Source: Nitrospinaceae bacterium (GTDB taxonomy: Bacteria > Nitrospinota > Nitrospinia > Nitrospinales > VA-1). From it: a stretch of 62,071 bases of DNA. The stretch covers positions 1,867,774 through 1,929,844 of the forward strand of contig CP070799.1 of the NCBI GenBank assembly GCA_020343535.1. Direction: 5' to 3'. The notes under the pieces were generated by a model. It saw only the letters and a program-made list of their open reading frames with translations. It was not told the DNA's origin and made no database searches. How positions within the stretch are numbered: position 1 is the stretch's first letter; each line of letters starts with the position of its first letter. Shown in pieces: positions 40,555 to 49,864 of this stretch. The position numbers were made by a program, and so were the translations under genes.

Positions 40555-41181
40555 ATGGGTGTTTTAGGCGGTCTCGATGGAATTCGGTGCATCCTTGCGT
40601 TCCGCGCTTTTCGCGGGCTGGGGTTCACCCTCCTGATCCTCATAGGTTTTTTCTCCGCCCCCGCTTCGGCCCTTGACCCGTCCTGCAAATTGGAAGAACC
40701 CTACGAGGCGCCCAAGTTCGTTCCTCCCCCCCTCGAACCCCGCGAGTCGAAAACCCACCTGATCGACAACGGCGACGGCACCCTCAGCGACCCCGATACG
40801 GGGTTGATGTGGGCGCAAAAAGACAGCCACGCCGACCTGAAGCGCTGCCTGAACTATCCTGAATCCCTCGATTATGTGAACGGGCTCAAAACAGGAAGTC
40901 ACAGCGATTGGAGAATCCCCACCGTGAAGGAGCTTGCGACCCTTTACGACGACACCCAGGCCAACGTCCTGGCCTGGGACCAGAATCCGGACTATCCGCT
41001 GGCGCTGGACAAGAAATTTGCCGCCGGCGCCGCCTACTGGTACTGGTCGAGCGACTGCGGCACCACCGAGCTCACCGAATGCTGCGCCAAAACGGTTTAT
41101 TTCGTTAACGGGCAAGTGCATCTCCGGCGTTTCGAAATATGCAACAGTGGAGGCGTTCGCGCGGTGCGAAACCTTCCTTGA
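40555..41181 (+). CDS. DUF1566 domain protein with N-terminal signal/anchor
   Basis: DGTLSDPDTGLMWAQKD...GSHSDWRIPTVKELATLYD...YWYWSSD. GGGAGGAGGG SD before the ATG. Hydrophobic N-terminus ending in ASA. Confidence 0.65.
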   Translation: MGVLGGLDGIRCILAFRAFRGLGFTLLILIGFFSAPASALDPSCKLEEPYEAPKFVPPPLEPRESKTHLIDNGDGTLSDPDTGLMWAQKDSHADLKRCLNYPESLDYVNGLKTGSHSDWRIPTVKELATLYDDTQANVLAWDQNPDYPLALDKKFAAGAAYWYWSSDCGTTELTECCAKTVYFVNGQVHLRRFEICNSGGVRAVRNLP

Positions 41182-41244
41182 TCCCCTAAATCGTTTCATC
41201 CTCCCGCGGTGACGCTCCAGGCGCGCGGGCCGGTTCCGGGCTTT

Positions 41245-42483
41245 TTATTTAGCGGCTGAATCCGTCGGGGGAAGAATGGGGTGCAATTTTAATTGGTCGC
41301 CCCATCGGCGCATGAGCAGGGAAAAGAGCAGGGGGACGGTGATGGTGGAAATGGAGGCGGCCGACAATAACGCCGTAAACAGGTGGACATCAATCAGTTT
41401 CGCGTTGTAGAGCAATTGAACGACGATGATTTCGGTCGTCAGCCGCGCGTTGATTCCGATGCCCACCACCCAGCCTTCGCGAACCGTTAATCTTCCCATG
41501 GGAACCATGAGAAAGGCGCCGATCAACTTGCCGAAAAAGGCGGCGAGAAATAATACGATCGCAAGCGCCGGATCTTCAATGATCCCCTTGAGGTCGGCAT
41601 TGAGCCCCACCCAGAAGAAGAAAACCAGGCCTAAAAATCCATAGCTCCCCGATTGAATGGTATGGGACACTTCCACCCCGATTTTCTTCATCTTGTCCAA
41701 TTGAGGGCGCATGATGACTCCCGCAACGATCGCTCCCACAACCATGCCAAGGCCGATATATTCCGACAGCCCCCCAAGGCCGAACATGACGAGGATGGAA
41801 AGAAGCATCAGGTTCTGCGGACGTTTGGGCATCCAGGCGCTCAATAGATCCAAACCCTTGCTGAATAAAAACCGGGCCAGCAGGATGAACGCGGCGGACC
41901 CGCCTGCGAGTCTCAGAATCCCTGGCCCGTCCTGCGCGCTCATTTGCCCGATCCACACCGAGACGAATGAAACAAGAAACACTTCGATCACATCGTCCAG
42001 CACACCCGCGCCAATAATAAACTGGCCAACCCGGGTATGGATGAGCTTGAACTCGTCTAAAATGGGCACGATCACGGCTTCGGCGGTCGGCATGCAGGTC
42101 AAGCCGATGATAAAGGCGATCAGCCAGCCATAACCCAGGGCGAGCATGACAGCCGTTCCCAGCAAAAACGGCACCACCGTATTCAATACCGTCAGTCGGA
42201 CGATGTCCCCGCTGAACTTGAACATCTCCTGAAATTTAATTTGCAGGCCGATGTAAAAGAGAAGGAACAAGACCCCCAGTTCGGCAAGGAAGGCGAACGG
42301 GGCATTGAATTCAGGAGAGAGGATAACGGCTCCAAGGGGGGTGTAATGCACCGCCATGGCAACCAGCAAGGCGGCGAGAATTCCCGGAATGTGGATACGC
42401 TCCAAAAACCCCGCCAAAAAATAAGTTGAAGCGAATAACAGGGAGAGATAAAGCAATAATTCGCCTGTCTGTGTTCCATTCAT
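41245..42483 (-). CDS. cation:proton antiporter (Na+/H+ exchanger family, CPA type)
   Basis: 412 aa with about 12 TM helices. The N-terminus LLYLSLLFASTYFLAGFLERIHIPGILAALLVAMAV is typical of Kef/NhaP-like exchangers. No KTN domain. Confidence 0.75.
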   Translation of the reverse strand: MNGTQTGELLLYLSLLFASTYFLAGFLERIHIPGILAALLVAMAVHYTPLGAVILSPEFNAPFAFLAELGVLFLLFYIGLQIKFQEMFKFSGDIVRLTVLNTVVPFLLGTAVMLALGYGWLIAFIIGLTCMPTAEAVIVPILDEFKLIHTRVGQFIIGAGVLDDVIEVFLVSFVSVWIGQMSAQDGPGILRLAGGSAAFILLARFLFSKGLDLLSAWMPKRPQNLMLLSILVMFGLGGLSEYIGLGMVVGAIVAGVIMRPQLDKMKKIGVEVSHTIQSGSYGFLGLVFFFWVGLNADLKGIIEDPALAIVLFLAAFFGKLIGAFLMVPMGRLTVREGWVVGIGINARLTTEIIVVQLLYNAKLIDVHLFTALLSAASISTITVPLLFSLLMRRWGDQLKLHPILPPTDSAAK

Positions 42484-42572
42484 AGTGGCTTTCGGCTTCC
42501 CATGCGCGCCGCATTTTCAACGAAAGGCTTCAATCGCCGGGAGAAGCGGGGGCATTCGGGCCGTTCGGCGGG

Positions 42573-43700
42573 CTATAATTTTTCTTTACGACCCTTGCCG
42601 CCGCCGAGCCAGCCCCGGCGCTTGAAAAAAATCATGAATCCCACGGCGATGGCCCCCATCAGCCCGAGGGCGAAGGGGTAGCCGAATCGCCAGCCGAGCT
42701 CCGGCAAGTTGTAGGGCGATGCGGTGACGTCGAAATTCATGCCGTAGATCCCCGCCACCACGCCGATCGGCATGAATACGGTGGCGATGATGGTCAAAAC
42801 CTTCATCACCTCGTTCATCTTGTTGCTGATACTAGACAGGTATATGTTGATGAGGTCGGAACCCCGCTCCCGGTGCGACTCCAGGATTTCGATGATATGG
42901 ACGACATGGTCGTAACAATCCCGAAGATAGACGCGGGTGGAGTCCGAAATCACGGCTTTTTCCCGCGTAAGGGAGTTGACCGCGTCGCGCAGCGGCCAGG
43001 CGATGCGCCTGAGGTGCAGCAGATCGCGCTTTAGCCCGTGGATCTGGTTGATCATGACCTGGTCGGGCTGTCCGATGACCTTTTCTTCGAAGTGATCCAG
43101 CGCTTCGCTGAATTGATCGAGAATGGGGAAATAGCTGTCGACCATCGTATCGATGAGGGCGTAGCTTAGGTAGTCGGCCTGGGACAGGCGGATTCGTCCG
43201 CCCTTTCTTTGCCGGATGCGCTGCACAATCGGATCGAACAGGGAGGAAGGCTGCTCCTGGAAGGACAGCACGACGCCGCCGGCCAGCACCAGGCTGGTCT
43301 GCTCCATCACCAGGTGGTGGTTGCTGATCGAGGGGCACTGGGTGACGATGAATAGGCTTCGATCGTACTCCTCCACCTTCGAGCGCTGGTGGACGTTGAT
43401 GATGTCTTCGAGGACCAGAGGATGCAATGAAAACAATTCGCCCAGCTGGTGGATTATGTCGATGTTGTCGAGGCCCGCGACTCGAATCCACAAGACCGGC
43501 CAACCGCCGAGGAAGCCGCTGATCTGTTCCACGTTGGCGATGGCATGCTCAGTAAGATCGTCCGGTGAGTAGGCCACCATCTGGATGGTGGTGGGAGAGG
43601 CGTCCGGGTGGCTGACCAGGGTGCCGGGAGGCGTGCCTGGGGCGCTTCGCCGCCGCCGCCGGAGTTTGAGCAGGCTCGGCCGAGGGGGCTGTTTCTGCAT
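42573..43700 (-). CDS. corA: magnesium/cobalt transporter CorA
   Basis: C-terminal two TM helices with the GIYGMNF signature, plus the CorA cytoplasmic funnel domain. Confidence 0.9.
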   Translation of the reverse strand: MQKQPPRPSLLKLRRRRRSAPGTPPGTLVSHPDASPTTIQMVAYSPDDLTEHAIANVEQISGFLGGWPVLWIRVAGLDNIDIIHQLGELFSLHPLVLEDIINVHQRSKVEEYDRSLFIVTQCPSISNHHLVMEQTSLVLAGGVVLSFQEQPSSLFDPIVQRIRQRKGGRIRLSQADYLSYALIDTMVDSYFPILDQFSEALDHFEEKVIGQPDQVMINQIHGLKRDLLHLRRIAWPLRDAVNSLTREKAVISDSTRVYLRDCYDHVVHIIEILESHRERGSDLINIYLSSISNKMNEVMKVLTIIATVFMPIGVVAGIYGMNFDVTASPYNLPELGWRFGYPFALGLMGAIAVGFMIFFKRRGWLGGGKGRKEKL

Positions 43701-43967
43701 GAGTTTCTCCTGAGTGGGGAGGGCCGTCGAGTAGGCTGGGGCGCATACCGCGTTTCGGAAAACCCTTCTTTCGTCAGGGTGTTCAGGTTAAAATCGGCCC
43801 GGTGGCCGGGTTTTTCACAACGGTTCCGGCTCCCGCACACACCCGTGTTGTTCTGGAGGGAGAAACCATCGCCTCCCCCGTTTCGCCTTCCGATATTATA
43901 AGTTCAAAGGGAAAAAAGGAAAGGGCTGTTTTTGCTTGCGCATGTCACGAGTTCCATAGAGTTTTAA

Positions 43968-45125
43968 ATGAGCCTGCTCCTGTTCGTGGCGCTGGGCGGC
44001 TACCAGCTGGCCGCCCGCATCGCGCAGTCGGCGGTGGTGGGGGTCATACTCGCCGGGCTGATTATCGGCCCAAGCGCCCTCGGATGGGTGACCTACACCG
44101 AATTTGTTAAGAGTATAGCCCATTTGGGCGCTGTAATCCTGCTGTTCGTTACCGGCCTCGAATTCAAGCTCGAGTCTATCAGCAAATTGCGCTACGCGGT
44201 GGTCGGGTTGTTCGGGGTGGCGCTGCCATGGGCGGGCGGCTACCTGCTCGCCATCCTGTTCGGGTTCGACGCCAACCGGTCGATGATCATCGGCGTGGCG
44301 CTCACCGCGACCAGCGTCGCCATCACCGCCGACACTTTGCGAGAGATGGGAAAGCTGCAGACCCAGGCGGCCCAGGCCATCATCGGTGCGGCGGTGATCG
44401 ATGATGTGCTGGCGCTTCTGGCGCTGGGAGTTGCCAACCAGATGGCCACGGCGTCCTTTTCGGCGTGGGAAGTCCTTGGCGTGCTGGCCAAAGCGGTGAT
44501 CTTCCTTGCGGCGGGGGCGTGGGTGGGGAAGCGGTTTCTGACGCCGGCGATTCAGCGGATCGACGAATCTCGCATCGCTCGCGATTTTCCCGAATACAAC
44601 TTCATCTTCGCGATGATGGTCGCTTTTCTATACGCCATGGTCGCGGAGATCATGGAGCTCTCCGCCATTATCGGCAGCTTCGTCGCCGGGGTGTCGCTGG
44701 AGGGAGTGAGCCTGCGTACCAGCAAACACTTTAAGGAGGGCGCGGAATATCTGCGCATCATCTTCGGCGCTATATTTTTCATCTCTCTCGGTATCATCGC
44801 CGACATCAAGGCCTTCACGCCCGAGGTGCTCTGGTTCTTGTTGGCACTGGTCCTGGTGGCCGTTCTCACCAAAGCGGTGGGATGCGGGCTGACCGCGCGC
44901 CTCCTCGGAATGAGCCGGCAGGATGCCCTCGTGGTCGGTTTCGGCATGGTGCCGCGCGGCGAAGTGGCGATGATCGTCGCTCTCCTTGCCCTCAACGAAA
45001 AGGTCATCGACCAGCCGAGCTATGTGGCGCTGGTCATGATGAGCCTCCTGACCACGCTCGCCGTTCCCTTGCTGTTCAGGAACTGGTTGTATAGAAAGGA
45101 TCCGTCCGCCGGCTTGGCGGAATAG
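43968..45125 (+). CDS. cation:proton antiporter (CPA2-like)
   Basis: 385 aa polytopic membrane protein with LLFVTGLEFKL and GAAVIDDVLALLAL motifs typical of Kef-type exchangers. No regulatory domain. Confidence 0.75.
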   Translation: MSLLLFVALGGYQLAARIAQSAVVGVILAGLIIGPSALGWVTYTEFVKSIAHLGAVILLFVTGLEFKLESISKLRYAVVGLFGVALPWAGGYLLAILFGFDANRSMIIGVALTATSVAITADTLREMGKLQTQAAQAIIGAAVIDDVLALLALGVANQMATASFSAWEVLGVLAKAVIFLAAGAWVGKRFLTPAIQRIDESRIARDFPEYNFIFAMMVAFLYAMVAEIMELSAIIGSFVAGVSLEGVSLRTSKHFKEGAEYLRIIFGAIFFISLGIIADIKAFTPEVLWFLLALVLVAVLTKAVGCGLTARLLGMSRQDALVVGFGMVPRGEVAMIVALLALNEKVIDQPSYVALVMMSLLTTLAVPLLFRNWLYRKDPSAGLAE

Positions 45126-45139
45126 GCGGGCCTCAGGGG

Positions 45140-46447
45140 TTACAGAAAACCCGATAACAGGGTGGCGATACCGAGGAACGAAAAGAAACCCGCCACGTCG
45201 GTGACGGTGGTGAGGATGATCGACGACGCGGTGGCGGGGTCTTGCCCGATGCGGGTGAGCAGGATGGGCACCGAAGCGCCGGCCAGCCCGGCGGTCACCA
45301 TGGAAAGAATCATCGAGACGCCGATCACCACGGTGATTCCGGGCGACCGGCTCCATAGGAACACCGCCAGGCAGGTGGTGGCGGCCACCGCGAGGCCGTT
45401 GGCCAGCCCCACCATCACCTCTTTGCGAATCACCTGCTTCCATTGCAGAATGGTGATTTCCCTGAGCGCCAGACCACGCATGGTGACGGCCAGCGCCTGC
45501 GCCCCCGCATTGCCCGATTGACCCGCCACCACCGGGAGAAGAACCGCCAGGGCGGTGATCTGGGCGATGACGTCCTCGAACAGTCCCACCCCTGCCGCCG
45601 CCAGAAAGGCTGTCAGCAGATTGACTTGCAGCCAGGGCAGGCGCTTGCGCACCGAAAAGCCGGGTTTGGACAGCACGCGCTCATCCTTGCTGACGCCAAA
45701 CATGGCCTGGATGTCGGCGGTGGCTTCTTCCTCCACCGCCTTGACCAGGGCCTCGTAGTGTAACTGCCCGATAAGGCGTTTATCGTTGTCGACCACCGGC
45801 AGGTGCGACAGCTTGTAAGTTTCCAGCAGTTCCACCACATCCTCTCGCGGAGTAAGGGGAGTGACCGTCACCTGGATGGGGTGCCCGAGCGCATGGAGTA
45901 CCGTGTCCGGCCCGTCGAGCACCAGGTCCTGCATCTCCAGTTTGGCGACCAGGCGGTTTTCGGAATCCACCAGGAACAGGGTGCGCGTGGGGCGGTGTTC
46001 CAGCCGGCGTATCCGCCGCAGGCATTGCCGCACCGTCATGGTGTCGCGAAAGGGATGGACGCGCGGGTCCATCAACCGGCCGGCGGTATTATCGGGATAG
46101 GTGAGGAGGGTGTCTATGGTTTTCCGGAGGGCATCGCCGAGCCGGGAGAGCCAGCGGGACCGGTCCGCCTCCTCCTGTTGCGCAAGAAGCGACGCCAAGG
46201 AATTGGGCGTCGTCTCACGCAGCACCCGCAGGGCAAGATCTTCTGAAAGCAACTCGAAGACGGCGGCCGCCCGGTCGAGGGTCATCCGCTCAAGCACCGG
46301 TGCGACGACCGCTGCCGGATGCAAGGACAAGAGCGCCGCGGCCTCTTCCGAATCGTACAGTTCCAGTTTCTGCGCGGCCTCGCCAGGGTGGTCCGACAAG
46401 AACCTGCGGCTGAGGGCGGAGATGGCGGCCTGGGCGTCATCGGTCAT
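45140..46447 (-). CDS. mgtE: magnesium transporter MgtE
   Basis: MgtE N-domain, a CBS pair (LPVVDNDKRLIGQL) and a five-TM C-terminal domain with the GNAGAQ and ILTTVTDVAGF motifs. Confidence 0.9.
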   Translation of the reverse strand: MTDDAQAAISALSRRFLSDHPGEAAQKLELYDSEEAAALLSLHPAAVVAPVLERMTLDRAAAVFELLSEDLALRVLRETTPNSLASLLAQQEEADRSRWLSRLGDALRKTIDTLLTYPDNTAGRLMDPRVHPFRDTMTVRQCLRRIRRLEHRPTRTLFLVDSENRLVAKLEMQDLVLDGPDTVLHALGHPIQVTVTPLTPREDVVELLETYKLSHLPVVDNDKRLIGQLHYEALVKAVEEEATADIQAMFGVSKDERVLSKPGFSVRKRLPWLQVNLLTAFLAAAGVGLFEDVIAQITALAVLLPVVAGQSGNAGAQALAVTMRGLALREITILQWKQVIRKEVMVGLANGLAVAATTCLAVFLWSRSPGITVVIGVSMILSMVTAGLAGASVPILLTRIGQDPATASSIILTTVTDVAGFFSFLGIATLLSGFL

Positions 46448-46450
46448 GGT

Positions 46451-47296
46451 TCACTCGCTTTCGCCGGGTTTGCCGTGCCGGCTAAAAAATCCCGCAACAG
46501 ACCTGAGCCCACCGTGAACCGCTCGCATGCAAGCTCGCAGCGGGTTCGTCGATGGGTTGAGGTTCCTGGCGGGAAGGCGGTGCTCGCCAAAGGCTCTTAA
46601 TCCGCGCTCCAGGTTTTTTCTCGTGAGCAGGCCGACCAACTTGTTTTCGTTGCCGATCACGGGATAGGCGTCGAAACGGTCCCAATCGCCGCTGGCGAAC
46701 GCGTCGGCGAGAAGCGCCTGGTCGGACAGCGGCACGATATCGTGAACGGTTATTTTTCGAATGGCATGTTTGGCCCGGGATCGCGCCAGCAGGGAAAGCT
46801 GCATCAGCCCTCCGAACTGGCCGCCCTTGTCGACCACGCAAAGCGAGTGATCGATTTCTCCTTTTGTTGCGCGCAACATCTGACGGACTTGCCCCACCGA
46901 ATACTCCATCGGGATGGACGGGCTGTCCAGGTTCATCCAGGCGCCGACGGCATTGCCCGGGTAACTCATTTGCTTCTTGAGGGAGCCTCTTTTGTTTTCA
47001 GGCAGGGCCTTCAGCGCGGAACGCCGGAAAGCGGCGGGCAGCAGCCTGAGCAGGCCGACACCTGTCAGAGTGGTGGATTCCCGCAAATAAATCGTCGACT
47101 TTTCCAGGGAAAGCTTGAGGATGCACTGAATCGCATACTGCGGCGGCAGCTTTTCGATGATTCGAACGCCGGTTTTGTGCGGGATGACTTCCAGGAACGA
47201 CGCGGTGTCCTCCGGTGGCAGGGCGTGCAGTTCCCTGGCGGCTCTATCGGTGTGCCCCTCCACATAGGTGAGCGCAAAGGGCAGATGTTCATTCAC
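46451..47296 (-). CDS. soluble MgtE-N-like + CBS-pair protein (no transmembrane domain)
   Basis: The N-terminal helical region resembles the MgtE N-domain and is followed by two CBS-like units (LCVVDKGGQFGGLM; YPVIGNENKLVGLLT). It stops 3 nt before the mgtE start. Confidence 0.65.
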   Translation of the reverse strand: MNEHLPFALTYVEGHTDRAARELHALPPEDTASFLEVIPHKTGVRIIEKLPPQYAIQCILKLSLEKSTIYLRESTTLTGVGLLRLLPAAFRRSALKALPENKRGSLKKQMSYPGNAVGAWMNLDSPSIPMEYSVGQVRQMLRATKGEIDHSLCVVDKGGQFGGLMQLSLLARSRAKHAIRKITVHDIVPLSDQALLADAFASGDWDRFDAYPVIGNENKLVGLLTRKNLERGLRAFGEHRLPARNLNPSTNPLRACMRAVHGGLRSVAGFFSRHGKPGESE

Positions 47297-47461
47297 TGGC
47301 GCACTCCCATGGAAATTCTCCGGTGCAATCGGAGATCGTTCGTCCGAGACGATGGCGAAGTGGGGAGGTGGCCCAGATTCCCGGAAGAAAACGCGGTCTT
47401 GCCGGGCGGGTTCCTGCGGGGCCTCCCAGAAACGTACCCTCCATTATAGGGTGTGAGCCGT

Positions 47462-48232
47462 CTATTGGCAGGAGAAAAATAGCGCCAGCGCCCGTTCGAA
47501 ACTGCGATTCAGTTCAGCAAGACGGGCGGGGGCCACCGTGAGGCGCTCGGCGTCGAACCACGGCGCGCTCAGGTAAAGCCCGCGGTTCATTTCGATCTGG
47601 ACTCCGGGGCGCGGGTGGTTGCCGTAGATCCGAGTGATGTGGCCGCCGGCGAAGGGGCTGTCGATGGTGATCTCGTGGTTTTCCAGGGAAAATGCCTCGC
47701 CCAGGCAACGCGCCAGCCGGCGCACGGTTTCGGGCGGGCAGCTTTGGCCGTGATTGCCGCCCAGGCAGAAGCTTGGCCGGCTTGCCCCAGGGTCGGGAGA
47801 AAAATCCGGACCCACCGCCTCCATCGAGTGACAGTCGAGGAACAGTTCGATGTTCGAATGGCCCCGCAGCGTTTCCAGGAGCGCCCGGTGGTACGGAGCG
47901 TGATATTTTTCGATCAGGTCGTCTGCCGCCGGCCGGTCGAGATCCTGGCCGGGAAAATAAATTGAACGGCCATGGCAGGTGCGGGTTTTAACAACCCCGT
48001 CGGGGTTTTGCGGCGGCCGGTCGTCGGTGGCGCGGTTGAGATCAACATAAACCCGGGCGATCTCCGTGTCCATGCAGGCAGCCACCTTATCGCCCAGGCC
48101 GTAGATTTCGCGGGTGAAGGCGTCGCTGTCGGCGAATAAATCGCCAGGGGCGAGGGCTATACGGCTTGAAATCTCCCGGGGTGCGAGTGTGCCTCCATGG
48201 GGGATGGAAAGAAGCACGGGATAGGTAGGCAT
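47462..48232 (-). CDS. N-formylglutamate amidohydrolase (FGase) family protein
   Basis: LLSIPHGGTLAP...VDLNR...LDCHSM...GGHIT are FGase-family zinc-site motifs. Confidence 0.7.
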   Translation of the reverse strand: MPTYPVLLSIPHGGTLAPREISSRIALAPGDLFADSDAFTREIYGLGDKVAACMDTEIARVYVDLNRATDDRPPQNPDGVVKTRTCHGRSIYFPGQDLDRPAADDLIEKYHAPYHRALLETLRGHSNIELFLDCHSMEAVGPDFSPDPGASRPSFCLGGNHGQSCPPETVRRLARCLGEAFSLENHEITIDSPFAGGHITRIYGNHPRPGVQIEMNRGLYLSAPWFDAERLTVAPARLAELNRSFERALALFFSCQ

Positions 48233-48235
48233 GGA

Positions 48236-49864
48236 TCAGGGTCCTTGGGCCATTCCGTCGCGGCGCACTTCGGCAACGCCCTGGAACTGGTTACAGATCT
48301 CGGACTTGAGCACCGCGTGCACCGCGCCTAGATAAAAGGAGTAGGGTTCGCGGATATCGACCTTGTAGCCCACTGTTTTCAGATATTCCACCACCGAAGG
48401 ATCGAACCGGTCGGCTTCCAGGCTCAGGGTACCGCCGATCGAGCAGTGGAGCCGGGGCCTTTCCATGGCCTCGCTGATGGGCATGTCGCCATCGACAATG
48501 TGGGAGATAAACTGACTCATGGTCGAAAAAATCCGTTCGCTGCCCGGCGTGCCGGCAACCATCCAGAGTTTATCGCGGTAAAAGGCGATAATCGGCGCCA
48601 CCGAACTCCAGGGCACGGCGTTGGGCCGCAGGAAGTAAGGGTGTGCGGGGTCTTGGGTGTCGAGCGAGCTCATGTAATTGTTGTAGATGAAGCCAAGGTC
48701 CGCCGCCGCCACCTTCGAGCCGTACACCAGTTCGATGGACTGGGTGATGCCGATGGCGTTGCCCTGGTCGTCCATGACCGAAAGGTGCGTGGTGTCGTTC
48801 TGGTCGGGATACAGGTCCGCCAGGGGTAGGCTAGGGTCGATGTGGTCGCGGATCGATGCCGAGAGTTTTCGCGCGAATTCCCGGCTCAGGATTTTTTTGT
48901 CGTCGGGCAGCTGCGGGTAGATGTTGGGATCGAAAGGACGTTCCTTGTGGTTAAGTAGGGCTTTGCGGAAGGTTTCTGCGACGAAATGGCGCGAAACCGG
49001 GCTTTCGCTCTTCAAAAATTTGGACGGCAGGTTCTTGAGCATTTGCAGGACCAGGAGCAAGGTCCGTCCCGCTGCCGGTGGTGGGCAGGTGAAGATCTTC
49101 ACCTTGCGATAGCGCCGACGGATGGGCTTACGGATTACCGGCCACGGGATGAATGCCAGGTCCTCGGATCTCAAAAAGCCGTCGTGCCGTCGCATGTCGT
49201 CGTCGATCGCCTGGGCGACTTCACCGGTGTAAAACGATTTGATGCCATGACGGGCGATATGCGTCAGAAGGTCCGCCAGATCGCTCTGGCGGAACACGTC
49301 GCCTGCGGCGTGTGGTTTTTTTCCTTCCTTCAAAAAATATTTTGCGGCTGACTTGGAGAACGTACCAAGAAATTTGGCGAGCTCGCGCTTCTGCAGGTTT
49401 TCCTGCAGCGGGGTGATGGCGTATCCTTCGCGGGCGATGTGAATGGCGGGTTCAAGAATCGCTGGCCATTCCAATGTGCCGTAGTGAAAGTGCAGGTAGC
49501 CCAGAGTGGCTGGAGTGCTGGGCACCGTGGTGGCGCGGTACCCGGTGAACAGGCTGTGTTTTTCCACCCGGTCATGATGCGCCAGGGAAGGAACGCGGCT
49601 GGACCCGTCGATAGCGACGGTTTTTCCCTGGTGATACATGATCGCAAGGCTCTGGCCCCCCAGGCCGCTGGCCTGCGGTTCGCAGACGGCAAGCGCGAAG
49701 GCGGCGGCGCAGGCGGCGTCGATAGCGTTTCCGCCCTGGCGCAGCATCTCCACCCCGGCCTGGGTCGCCAGGGGAAACGCCGTGGACACCATACCCTTCT
49801 CTGACACGGCGCATTTGCCATCGGCAGTGGGGCGGAAATTCCCCTCGATTTTCTCCAGTCTCAT
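48236..49864 (-). CDS. ggt: gamma-glutamyltransferase family protein, no signal peptide
   Basis: GGNAIDAA, GLGG and the autoprocessing/nucleophile motif DTTHLSVMD. The N-terminus MRLEKIEGNFRPTADGK has no hydrophobic signal. Confidence 0.8.
   Translation of the reverse strand: MRLEKIEGNFRPTADGKCAVSEKGMVSTAFPLATQAGVEMLRQGGNAIDAACAAAFALAVCEPQASGLGGQSLAIMYHQGKTVAIDGSSRVPSLAHHDRVEKHSLFTGYRATTVPSTPATLGYLHFHYGTLEWPAILEPAIHIAREGYAITPLQENLQKRELAKFLGTFSKSAAKYFLKEGKKPHAAGDVFRQSDLADLLTHIARHGIKSFYTGEVAQAIDDDMRRHDGFLRSEDLAFIPWPVIRKPIRRRYRKVKIFTCPPPAAGRTLLLVLQMLKNLPSKFLKSESPVSRHFVAETFRKALLNHKERPFDPNIYPQLPDDKKILSREFARKLSASIRDHIDPSLPLADLYPDQNDTTHLSVMDDQGNAIGITQSIELVYGSKVAAADLGFIYNNYMSSLDTQDPAHPYFLRPNAVPWSSVAPIIAFYRDKLWMVAGTPGSERIFSTMSQFISHIVDGDMPISEAMERPRLHCSIGGTLSLEADRFDPSVVEYLKTVGYKVDIREPYSFYLGAVHAVLKSEICNQFQGVAEVRRDGMAQGP

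Noticed and set aside
43701-43967. Possible Mg2+ (M-box) riboswitch in the corA 5' region and in the mgtE-operon leader (47297..47461)
   Set aside because: I could not align either leader to the M-box consensus by eye (only a vague AGG.GAGGC.CC resemblance). Only weak hairpins are present. A cmsearch is needed before any call.
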